From Camelus dromedarius (taxonomy: Eukaryota), in NCBI RefSeq assembly GCF_036321535.1, contig NC_087437.1, positions 103,356,001-103,420,000 on the forward strand: a stretch of 64,000 bases of DNA, read 5' to 3'. Position 1 is the stretch's first letter. Each line of letters opens with the position of its first letter. This document shows positions 52,856 to 64,000 of the stretch, piece by piece. The translations under genes were made by a program, and so were the position numbers. The notes under the pieces are model-generated. The model was not told the origin of the DNA and ran no database searches. It saw only the letters and a list, made by a program, of their open reading frames with translations.

Positions 52856-53939
52856 GTTCTCAGGTAGCTTTAAAGAGTATCAAAAGGTAACATTGCAAAG
52901 AGCATGGTGGCAATTGGTTGTTTTCAAATTCTCAATATTTAAAAGACTGAACCAAAAGTTTTTTAAAGAAGAAAATGCTTCAGAGCTATTTTTACTATTG
53001 AATCCTTTCAATTTTTTTTATAAATTACCATTACAAAAGATGTATTTTTCTTTCCTCTCTGCTTCTCTTAAGTAGCTTTGTTGTTTTTAATTAAATGTTG
53101 TCTTTCCACATGTATTTTATTTCACATTTTTTTCTTTATCTAATTTTATCCTCGTAATCACCCTGCGCTAGGACAGAAATTATCTCCATTTTATTGGTAT
53201 CTTTCCTTGACTCATCTGCCCCTATTTAGGAAACAGAGCAGCTTAGAACAACAGTTCTTCATTGAAAAACTCCTAGTTTAGTCATTCATTCAGCGCTCAG
53301 AGTCAAGAAATCTCTTTATCTTATTTTCATAAAATTGAGACAGTTTTGAAAAATTGGCTGTCCTCTGTATCATTCTTTTGCAGCTCCACTTACTTCTTGT
53401 GCATCTACATGAATTCACTTTTTAAATTATCTTTTCACTTTGGAAATTACACCTCTGGCCCATGGGAGACAATGCCATTGCAAAACTACTTTTTAGAAAC
53501 ATGAAGGACAAGAATTTCAGCCCATGGTAGGCTAAGGAGGGAGACAGTATTATGAAGTCTGAAATTTTTCTTTCCTCAAATAAGGCCTCATGCAGCAAAT
53601 AAGTTGGCTACGGCTCTGAACTGAGGTCTACTTCATGAAAATAATACAGAAGTTGAGGCTGTGCACAGTCACCAACTAAACCATCTGAATTGTCCCCACA
53701 ATTGCTTGCTGGTAGTAAGATATCAGTGGTGTGACCTCAAGTGCTAGATGATGTTCCTTGAACTATGCAGAGAAATGGAAGTTCTAGACGGACTCTTAAT
53801 AGAACAAATAAGTCACTCATTTTGGGATCTCAATGTTGCAGAATATAGGAAAATTACTTTAGAATTTAACCTTGTGTTTCTTCATTTATATTTAAACTTT
53901 ATGGATATGTCTTCATATCACAATTACTTTGAAGGCCTC

Positions 53940-54430
53940 TATATAATTTTTTAATGATGCCATGATAAATTACCACAAACTCGGTGGCTTACAACAGCAC
54001 ACATTTATTATTCCACATTTCTGTAGAAGTCTGACCTGGGCCTCACTGTGCTAAGATTAAGGTGTCAACACCTACTGCATTTTGTTCTGGAGGCTCTGGG
54101 GAGAATCTGTTTCCTCATCTTTTCCAGCTTCTAGAGGCCATCCATGTTCCTTAGTGCCTGGCCAACTTCCTTCATTTTCAAAGCCAGCGCCTTTGTGTTT
54201 GTCTCACCAGTCTCCCTTAGTCATGTCTCTTTCTGACCACACATGAGAAAGGCGCTGCCATTTTTAAGGATTCATGTAACTAAACTGGGCTCAGGCTAAT
54301 CTAAACATCTCAAGAAACTTAACCACATTTGCAACATCCCTTTTCCCATAGAGAGGAAACAATACCAAATTCTGGTGATTAGAAGGTAAACATCTTTTTT
54401 TGGAGGGGTGCATTTCTCTGCAGACTGCAA
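53940..54430 (-). mobile_element. MLT1C/D-like MaLR solo LTR
   Basis: aaattaccacaaactcggtggcttacaacagcacacatttatt...tctggaggctctggggagaatctgtttcc...tttccagcttctagaggc. Confidence 0.9.
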
Positions 54431-54921
54431 CCTCTATTGCTCTGAGTATTTTTACAGGACATATATCTATTAAAAGGAATAATTATTTGCCTTTAATTTC
54501 ATAAAAGAATCCTGCCAAAAAATACATTGCAAAGGTATAAAAAATTCCTGCCCATAAATCAATCAAAAAGCTTTTTAAAAGCATTTTATTTCATTACGAC
54601 ATCCTTAGGTCATCTAATCCTCTATCTAAACCAAGGCTTAGATTTAGACATTATTATGGATACATTAAGGAAAGCGAAGAAGTAAGATTTACCTTGCCTT
54701 TATATTTTTCCTCTTTTAACCATGGCAAATTTTACAGATATGACATTTTCATTTTGCTTTCACTGAAAAAGAAAGTTTAAAAAATATTTCAAAGGATAAA
54801 TCCTACTTACGATTCAAAATCCTATGATGATTCAGGATAATATGCATCTACTTATCCTGTTGAGGTGATCATTTTCAGGACAGGGTAAATATTAAGCCGT
54901 CATCAATCAAAATTTATTTAC

Positions 54922-55429
54922 TGTATTAATCAGAGTTCTCCAGAGAAACAGAACCATTAAGAGAGATATTTCTATCTACTTCTCTCTCTCTCTCTATTGT
55001 CTATAAATTGGCCTAAAGAAAGATTTATTTTAAGCAATTGGATCAAGCAATTGTGGGAGGGCTGTTATGTTTGAAATTTGCAGTATTAGCTAGCAGACTG
55101 GAAATTCATGTAACAGTTAATACTGCAGTCTTGCATGCAAAAATTGATGGATGTACCAGCAGTCTGGAAACTCAGGCAAGGTTTGTATGCTGCAGTAGTG
55201 TGGAAGAATTGATTCTTCTTCAGGAAAATTCAATCTTTTCTGCTAAGCTCTTCAACTAATTAAATAAGGCCCACCTACATTATAGAGGGTAATCTGCTTT
55301 ACTAAGTCAACTGAGTGTAAATGTTAACAGCATCCACAGCTACCTTTATAACAAAATCTAGACTAGTGTATGATTGAAGAACTGAGTACTATAGCTTATC
55401 CAAACTGACAGGCAAAGTAAACCATTCCA
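54922..55429 (-). mobile_element. MLT2 (ERVL) solo LTR
   Basis: tgtattaatcagagttctccagagaaacagaacca...aggcccacctacattatagagggtaatctgctttact...aaactgacaggcaaagtaaaccattcca. Confidence 0.9.
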
Positions 55430-55599
55430 TTTCTGGAAATTACTATGGAGTAAAAGCTTCCTCTGAAGGACTCATTATTTTTGTAAAGACATCTTCAAAT
55501 TAAATCTATTGATTCAATGATTATCTATCTATACAGTGCTTACTACATAGAAATTTACTATATTACATATATATATATAAATATAAAATATATTTAAAG

Positions 55600-56000
55600 T
55601 ACTGGCCATATTAAAAATGAATGAGACTGACCCTTAGCTAAAAAATAGTTGTTTAATGAAAAAGATAAATATATGTACAAGTCACTGTACAACAGCCTTT
55701 GTGCTAAAAGAAGTATGCACTCGGCAGCAAGTTTGCAGAGTGAAAGGAGTGTCCATTGACGCAGGCCTAGGGAGTCATGCTTGAAAGAACTGAAGAAACT
55801 GGCTAGGTGACAAAGTAGGAAAAGGGCATTACAGGTACATCATAGACCAAATGACATTAGATTTCACTGTCTTTTTGGAGAACAGAACATTTTAGTGCAT
55901 CCGGAATGCAAGGCAGGATGTTAGGAAGGGAATTAGATTCCTATTGTGAACAGCCTTGAATGTCAGACCATATTTGTCTTGCAGGAACCAGAAGGCCATT
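55600..56000 (-). mobile_element. L2 fragment
   Basis: aatgagactgaccc...ttgaaagaactgaagaaactggctaggtgacaaag...gggcatt...gccttgaatgtcag. Confidence 0.55.
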
Positions 56001-56004
56001 AAAC

Positions 56005-56250
56005 TAGTGGCTGCTAATTAGGAGTGTGCATCGGATTTCCCTTTGCAGTCCTTAAAAAGGCTACTTTCATTTGAGGAGCCATCCCAATTCTTACTTGCTC
56101 CCTCGCCGAAGTGTCTAAAGATAGAGAATATGGAGATATATATTCAGTTGGCCCAAATACGAAGGGGTTGAGAATCAGTTTTAATCATTCTTGAAGCTTT
56201 TTAATAACTTTCACTGATGATTCTGATTGATGATACTGATTTAGAACCAT
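56005..56250. mobile_element. MER5-like MITE remnant
   Basis: tagtggctgctaa...gagtgtgcatcgga...ttttaataactttcactgatgattctgat...ttagaacca. Confidence 0.45.
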
Positions 56251-56496
56251 AGCATTTAAGGACTGTAAGTCAGGGGAGAATAGCGCTTTTTCTCCAGCCT
56301 ACTTTGATGCTCATTTTAATGGATCCAGGGCACAAAATATAAAAATGAAATAATTTTCTTGTTAAATATTTCTCCTTGAACTATTAAATAACTTCTAAAT
56401 ATAGCAGTTTAAAAAAAAATCGTGGCTGGTTTCATACGGTTCCAATGTATTGTGGTATTTATTCTATGGAAGCTACAGACACATACTCATGTATGA

Positions 56497-57099
56497 GTGT
56501 ATTAATTGCTATGTTGTGTAACAAATTATCACAAATTTAGTGTTTTAAAACAACATTTAGTATCTCACAGTTTCTATAAATCAGAAATCTGTAAATCAGA
56601 AATTGATAAATAAGAGTTTCTGTCTCATCAAGCCACAATCCACGTGCCAGCCATGGATGTATTTTCATCGGAGTCTCTACCAGGACAAGAACCACTTCCA
56701 GACTCAGATCGTTGGCAGAATTTATCTCCTTGCGTCTGTAGGACTGACCTTCCTGTTTTCTAGCTGGCTGCCACCCAGGGACTGCTCTCAGTTCTTGGGT
56801 GCTGTCTGTAGTTTCTTGTCACATGACCCTCTCCAGAGACCCTCTCAAAAATGGCTATTCACTTTCAAATCCAGCATGGATCTTTCTTTTCAGCCTGCTA
56901 AAAACATGGGGAAGATATACCACTATCTCTGCCATATTATGTGTGTAACCTAAGCCCAGGAGTAATATTCCTTCACCTCTGTCACATTTATTAGAAGCAA
57001 GTCACAGATCCCATTGCACCCAAAGAGAAGGGAATATACAAAGGTGTGAACACCAGGAGGTGGAAATTATTGAAGGTCCCCCCAGGGTGGTCTGCCACA
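56497..57099 (-). mobile_element. MLT1E/F-like MaLR solo LTR
   Basis: gtgtaacaaattatcacaaatttagtg...gttggcagaatttatctccttgcg...ttagaagcaagtcacag...aaggtgtgaacaccaggagg...tctgccaca. Confidence 0.9.
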
Positions 57100-58919
57100 A
57101 TGAGATATACCAATAGGTCATATCTAAATCTTTTGAAAGTCTCCACTCTTGGAACATTCCAGATCAACAAGTACAGTTTATTTCCGGAATGCACTAAAAG
57201 CTATGTTTTTAAAAAATGCCCCAAACACTACATTCATCAAATTGCTAGGAAAAGAATGAAAATGAAACTTTCTATTAGAAAAAACTCAACAAGAATCAAT
57301 AATCAAAGGGGGTTTGAACCACAGATAAACATTGTTCTTCCTGAGTCATATTTAAGCTATTTTAGATAAGTCAGCCTTCTTAATATATCTGTTGAATAGC
57401 TTGACTTTCAATGTGGCATTGAAAGCTGCATTGGCCTTCAGGCTATGCAACTATGTAAAATAGCCTAGGTAAATAAATTTTAAAAATATACACACACATA
57501 TACACATGTGTGTGCATATATATATATATTTTTCAATGCTTGAAAGCACCAAGATGGAGACTTTATTTGTAGGTAAATAGGTATTTTCTATGTTGAACTG
57601 TTGACTACACAGATTTGCATTAAACATAAGAAAATTCAAAGCGGGGTATATGATAATCCCACACATTGTGTTTTTGTACAGTAAATTGAATGGATCAATC
57701 TCAAATTCTCTGTGGGATGGCAACTATTTCCATCTCTCCAAGTCTCTCCAGGGATGACTGAATTTTGGTAGAATGATCACATTCACAGGCACCCTGACAG
57801 CAAACAGTTCATGTGCTATAGCACCTAAAACTGTGTCACTTCACAATGAGAAAAGCACAGCAGAAGATGATAAATGTCTTCCAGTCTTCAGGATGGATAG
57901 TAGTTATGACTAGAATTAGGTGATTCTGGGACTTATAGGGGTTTTGCATCAGTGGAAATACTGTGTCACTAAAGTTAATTTTCACTGGAGGGTCAATATC
58001 TGCAAAACTGTAACCAGCAAGCTAGAGCTGTTCATGCTTCTCCTGGAAGCACAGCTTCCATGTTGAATCTGCAATTATAGTGTTGTGGGTAAGGATTCCA
58101 CCTCTTGTCCACCATCCAATTGTGTAAAGCCTAATTTGGGACAGAATTCTAATCTTTATACGAAGCATTAAAGCAAATTATTTCTCTGTTATAATTTGCA
58201 TTCAATGGCCCTTTCATGTTTCACTTAGAGAATCCTATTTATGAAAAATAATAGAGAAAAATGTGCATCATTTTTTTCAGGAAAAAACTTTGTTTCTTTG
58301 TATCCTGATGTTATTTATGTCTCCTTTCAGGTCCTAACTACAGAAAATAAATATTCCTAACTTATCTATGTCATTTTATCTCCACCAGCTTCTCCCACCC
58401 TGCCTTTCCCACTCTTCCGTGCCCCTATCTTCATATATAACTAAGATAACCATGTAATATGAATATGCTTTAAAATGTTTAAAATAGAGTATGTATCTGA
58501 ATTGAATGGAATAGTCCCAAAACTTGTTTTTGAATTTCTACTGCAGTCTTTTAGTGTTGTATGCAGGAGAATTCATGTTATCCATTCACAAGCAAGTGTT
58601 TAAGTGAAAAGTATTGTGCCTGGCTCCTGATTACCTATTAAGCTTGAAATATTTTCCTTTAATAGGAAGGTTAGAGCACACACATCTTCTGATGATATGT
58701 ATATAGGATAGATTTTAAATAACTGATTAATGAAACATACAAGCAAGTTGCTTTATAGATCATTTCTTTTCCATTGTGCAGAAAGTGCCTGACCTAGTGC
58801 TTGGAAATTGACTTTTCATCATTTACAGCATGATTTCACATTATAGTAAGAGTTGACATGAACTCTATTTACAATATTCTCCCAGTTTCATAATGACCAT
58901 AATAAAGAATATAACCCAT

Positions 58920-59520
58920 TGCTTCCTTCATTCTGTTATTTACTAATGTATATAACATGAGTAGAATATTACTATGTGCCAACCATAGTGCAGAGTATGA
59001 ATCAGACATGTACCCCGAATGCAGGTGCCATTATGTCACTCTGGTTGTTAATCTTGATGCCTGCTCACCATATGCTTTTGCATTGGAAGCTGCCTATTCC
59101 TGCCTCATCCCCACCTTGCATCCTTCCAGCTCCATCTGCCTCACTGGTCAAGCTTCATGCTCTATGATTTAGAATAGCTGAAGTAGGAAGTCCTAGATAG
59201 GACATAGTAAAAGAGAGGCCAGAGGCAAAATCTGAAATCTCAGGTTAGAGGTGCATGTATATCCCATTTTATGAAGTTTAGAGTTGATATTGAAGGTGAT
59301 TAAAAGTTACAAAAGACAATGCAGGACATAGCATGTCTGGATTTACATTTTAGAAAGAAAATTTCGAGGAGAAAAAGATTAAAAGCTGAGAGGTCAATGT
59401 ATATGTAGCTGGTAATATTAACTCAGATAATACCCAACTCTGGTATGGAGAGCAGACACAAAAAATATTAAGACCTTATAATCAGCTGAATCTGATTACT
59501 GATTAGATATGAAGAATTAT
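58920..59520 (-). mobile_element. L2 fragments with a short unrelated pyrimidine-rich insert (59030-59170)
   Basis: ttcattc...tactatgtgccaaccatagtgc; catgtctggatttacattttagaaag. Confidence 0.55.
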
Positions 59521-60696
59521 TTTTGAAGATTGGAGAAAGTAAATTATAAATTTAAAATTATGGAAAACAGGAAATTGAAAGAAATAAGTTTCCTTTGAGT
59601 ACCAGGCACTTTACTAGGTTACTAATATGTTTAAACTCATATAAGCCTCTAAGAACCATGATGTTTTCTTTGATTAATTCAGAATTACTTCAGTGAAATA
59701 CACATATTTTTCTATACATACATATATTAAGCATGAAGTGTGAAATCTGTTAAAATCAATGTGTTTAGAGAAGAGAGAAACAAATCACAAGTAAAACACA
59801 GCATTCATTCAATTCAACACTGACAAATATTTGTATCTCTTTGGCATAACAGAGAATAAAAGTTTTTTGCATTTGGGAATTTTTTTTTTAATGCATTGGC
59901 CACGAAAACATGAAGTAGCGTGTCTTTGCTGTTTTATATTTACCTGCCATGCATAAGCCTAGATTTTACTAACAATACAAATTTGCACTGTTAAAACGCC
60001 TGCAGAAACATTGTTCATGTTGAATTATAACCAGATACTCATGCTTACAGTGCCTGGCTATCAATAAAACAATTCAAAGTTTATAGCACAGTAGTGCATG
60101 GTACCCAGTGTTGCTATTGTGACATATTATGCTACCTTGTGCTATATCACACGGAAATTCAGACAGTAACGTATGTGATGACTATTCCTTATCTAGAAAA
60201 GGTAGTATCCTCTTTTCCGGCAAAAGATGTAATATGCATATTTCAGACTACAAAATAGATCTATTTCCACAGTAGTAATTTCAATTATTTATTGAGATTC
60301 TTTATAATATACTAGTAAACATATTTTAAATTAACTTGTGAAAATAAGGAAATACATAAATAAAATAAGCAAAGAGCTGCAAGTTGATGAGATTCTGAAA
60401 CATGTGTACCTGTTATTTTAATAAAGCACTGACTGTACAGTAGGGTTACAGTTCTTTTTCATCTGTGTTCCTCTGGCTTGGGGGGAAGGGATATATAATA
60501 GTGTAAATGTGGAAAGCCGTTTTGCTTTTTCTTTGCAAAACTTAAAAAAAATACATTCTTTAGAGATAAATCATTAGGCAAAGGAAATGGAATAGTGAGT
60601 TGTGAGAACTAAAAATAATTTTTGAAAGAAATCAGTATTATCATTCCTGTATGTTAGGGTTGAAGATGGACACACAGCATCATCTCCATCCACCAG

Positions 60697-60733
60697 ACAC
60701 ACACACACACACACAGACACACACACACACACA
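60697..60733. repeat. (CA)n microsatellite, interrupted
   Basis: Directly visible. Confidence 0.95.
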
Positions 60734-62612
60734 ACTTTATATCTTAAAAATATTACAATGTTGTAGAAAATAAAACCTCTACTTAAGAAAAGATAGTTTA
60801 GATATAGTCCTCCTATAAATAGGTATATCCCCAGTAACTGTTTTTTTAAAATAAATTCTCTGGAGGGTGACAGCAGTGGGTGGGAAGGTAAAATGAGAAG
60901 GTGAAACACTGAACTATCAACTCATGATTACCTGAGAGCAGATTTGATCTTATTTATTTTACCTTTTGATCGTCAAGGATTCCCTGTGAACGAGGAGTTT
61001 CACGGCTAAATAAGATTGAGAAACACTGAAATATGTTATTTGTGGAATACAACATCAACATTGTAAAAACTGGGGGAAAAAAGAGAATGTAGGATCTATA
61101 CAAAGGATAAAATGAATCTAAATACCAGTGTTGTGCCTTCATTTGGTAGAAATCAATAGCCTTCAGTAAAGATTCTCATATATAGTTCAAATGATACACT
61201 AAGTTTTAATGAGGAAGTACAGTTTTCAGGAGAGTTCTAGGAAATTTAAATCCATTATATCTGATTCATTAATACATTTAGTTTTAAAAAATCTTCCATC
61301 TCTATATTAATACTTTCATTTTAAGAATAATATGTTGACTCATAGAACTAAAATAACATACTCAATGTTACACATTTAATTGTTAGAAAGAGGATTTCAA
61401 AGCAATTTAAAACCACTCCATAGCCTAGTCTCTTTAACTACATTATACTGCTATGAAATTTCATAAAAAAATCTCAAAAGCTTGTGTTAAGACATTATGC
61501 AGTATTGCATTCAGTTATGTGAATATTTCTTATGCTTTTTCAAATTCAGAGAGATCAAAATAATTGCATAAGTGAAATATCTACAGAAGTGGAGAATAAA
61601 TAATAGAAAATGCTTCATGAATTGTGTATTTTACTAGAGTATTTACCATATCTTCTATTTGTGTTTACTGAACATAAAAATGCATGGAAAAGACATGGGA
61701 AATTTTCATAAGAGAGCAAATACAAGAATGATGGAACATATGATATGTAAAGAGAGAGTTGAAGAATTGGGAATACCTTGCCTGAAAGACCTAGACAGAT
61801 TTAATAACCATACTCAAACACATTAAAGGTTATGCTCATTAGAAAGGTTTCCAAACATCTTCACTGAGGCAGCAACAGAAAATGACAGCTTTAAGAGTTT
61901 AATGTACAGGACACAGCATCCTTTGCCTCTCAGTATAACTATAACTATAGCTTGATGAAAGTAAACAAAAATTCCTTCAGAAATGTTTGAATCATCTTCA
62001 CCTGCCTAGTCCTAAAAAGGAGAGAGAGAGAAAGAAAATTTAAACAATAGACCCGGAAGATAAGTATATCATTTCTGTCTACTTTCTATTGGCCATAACC
62101 TGATCACGTTGTCTTACCTTCCTACAAGGTTGCAGGGAGGGACAGGAATAATTTAACTTTGCATCCAGGAAGAAAAGAAAGATTCAATGGACACAGGAGA
62201 TTCTACACAGCATTGCCCTATCACCCATTAATTAATCATTTCCTTCCCATATTAGTTGACTCAGACCTAGGATATCTTTTTTAGTATTTTAACATCTGTT
62301 CCTGGCAAGAGCTGCTTATCAGCAACTGTCCTTCTCTATCTGTTCTGTACTAGAGCCAAATGCTTACATTACCTTCTCCCATTTGTACAACACAAGCTAG
62401 TCTCATTAGATGATTTCAAACTGGAAATACAAACTAGGAACTTGGCTGAAAGCGTTTTACGTCAAATATTGACGTCCTCTGATACTGACCATACTTTCGT
62501 TCTCTTTTAGTTATGGTTGGGCTTCTAGATTTATTGAAGTCCTTGGTGAAGGACCATTTGATAACTCTGCCAAAATCTTAAAAGAGAAATGTGCCTTGAT
62601 TAAAAAAAATAG

Positions 62613-62902
62613 GAACATGGATGGAGCTAGAGATTATCATACTAAATGAAGTAAGTCAGACAGGGAAAGACAAATATCATATGATAGCACTTACGGTTAC
62701 CAAAGGGGAAAGGGCAGGCAGGGATAAATTAGGAATTTGGGATTAACATATACACACTATTATATATAAAATAAACAACAAGGACCTACTGTATAGCACA
62801 GGGAACTATATTCACTATCTTGTAATAACCTGTAACAGAAAAGAACCTGAAAAAAATATATATGTAAATATGTAAATAAATATATATATATGTGTGTGTG
62901 CA

Positions 62903-62950
<48 letters not shown>

Positions 62951-63020
62951 AAACTGAATACTTTGCTGTACAACTGAAACTAACACAACATTGTAAATCA
63001 ACAACAACAAAAAAATTAAA
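62613..63020 (+). mobile_element. Artiodactyl L1 3' end with an internal deletion and (TG)n(TA)n expansion
   Basis: aacatggatggagctagagattatcatactaaatgaagtaagtcagac...acaacaaggacctactgtatagcacagggaactatattca...ctgaaactaacacaacattgtaaatcaac. Confidence 0.95.
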
Positions 63021-63129
63021 ATTCAGTTCAAGGGTTAGTTCCTCTGGGCCTTATAATCTAACGACTCTTTTCTGTGCTTCTGCAGAAACATGAATCTTGC
63101 TACATTGGTTGTTACCCTGAAATGGCTGT

Positions 63130-63250
63130 TTGTTTGATTCCCCCAGACTATCAGTCCCTGAGTGCAGGGACCATATGTTATTTGCCTTTCTTGTAGAATC
63201 TGGCACATAGCATGGTACATATTAGATCCTTAATAAATAATTTTGGAACA
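63130..63250 (+). mobile_element. L2 3' end
   Basis: ccagactatcagtccctgagtgcagggaccatatg...tggcacatagcatggtacat...taataaataattttgga. Confidence 0.7.
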
Positions 63251-63383
63251 AGAAAAAGTATTAAATGAAGAAGGGTAATTAGAACCCAACAACTGAGGTT
63301 CTTTTAAAGTATAGAAGGATTGACTTCCCAAAAATTCAAAGGTAACTACTAACTTGAGACAGTTCTAGTCCTCAGTTCCCCAC

Positions 63384-63895
63384 TGTAACAAAGCCTACTG
63401 ACCAAGATGGCCTTCCTATCTCCCTTGGCTTGACTAAATGTCAGACAGGCTTCTCCCTGACTCTATAGACTCCTGAGCTCCCTTTTCTTAGAATATTTAT
63501 GTTAGAAAACCTGTAGGTGAAAATTCTCTCTCTGCCCCTTTGAAATGTAAATCTTTTTTAAAAAAGCCTCTTGCCGGTTTTGCAATCAAGTACTGTCTTT
63601 CTTAAGGACCTAGGAGCCATCTTTTTGAAATGAAATCATCAAGAAAGAAAGAGCTACTGCCTTCCAGTCTAATTCCAAGTTGTAAAATTCCTTCCTGCGA
63701 GGAAGATAGAAGATAGTTGACTTTTCCTTAGGTTAGATCAATTAGCAAGCAGAGCAGCCTATTTACTATTTTTCACCCCGCATCTTAAAAACTCTACAAT
63801 TTTTTTTTTTTTAATTGGAGGTGAATTGTTTTGTCTTCTTTATTGCGACAGTCTTTTCTGTTCTTCCTTCCTGTTTAACTTTGTCATTTTCATTT
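63384..63895 (+). mobile_element. ERV1-class solo LTR (MER4/MER31/MER67 group)
   Basis: tgtaaca...cttttcttagaatatttatgttagaaaac...ctctgcccctttgaaatgtaaatc...aaggacctaggagccatc...tattgcgacagtctt. Confidence 0.75.
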
Positions 63896-64000
63896 TTTTG
63901 CCTGCCACTGCCTGGGAATCTTCCCAATTTTTGCCTCAAACCTTGGTCCTACCTCTTATTTATTTGCTGCTCAGGCATTTGCTGGTTTTAATTATTCATA

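Noticed and set aside
54693..54762. Minus-strand exon-like segment (tttctttttcag ... AAG|gtaaat)
   Set aside because: It is 70 nt with stops in all three frames; probably a pseudo-exon.
59944..59999. Minus-strand exon-like segment (tttctgcag ... CAG|gtaaat)
   Set aside because: It has a weak pyrimidine tract and stops in all frames.
1..64000. A novel multi-gene biological system
   Set aside because: No operon-like structure, long ORF, CpG island or intact mobile element is present; the content is explained by ordinary mammalian repeats and unique non-coding DNA.

Overview
AT-rich, CpG-depleted mammalian nuclear DNA, either intergenic or part of a very long intron. No prokaryotic features are present and no convincing full protein-coding ORF. 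A large part of the window is recognisable transposon debris. Ancient classes include L2, MIR, L1MC-type LINEs, MaLR/ERVL/ERV1 solo LTRs and hAT-type MITEs. Six younger artiodactyl-type L1 3' fragments are also present. The L1 3'UTR style, together with the absence of any Bov-A/Bov-tA/BovB, CHR or PRE-1 SINE I could recognise, suggests a camelid (inference). Repeat family names come from recall of consensus sequences, not from a database search, and boundaries are approximate. The most notable items are: (1) a strong 27-nt frame-preserving micro-exon candidate on the minus strand (5167-5193); (2) a tailless 5'-half tRNA-Cys(GCA) retrocopy with a 14-bp target-site duplication, nested in a MER33-like element; (3) two 5'-inverted (twin-primed) L1 insertions; (4) a 330-nt uninterrupted polypurine tract. 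I found no evidence of a novel multi-gene system.
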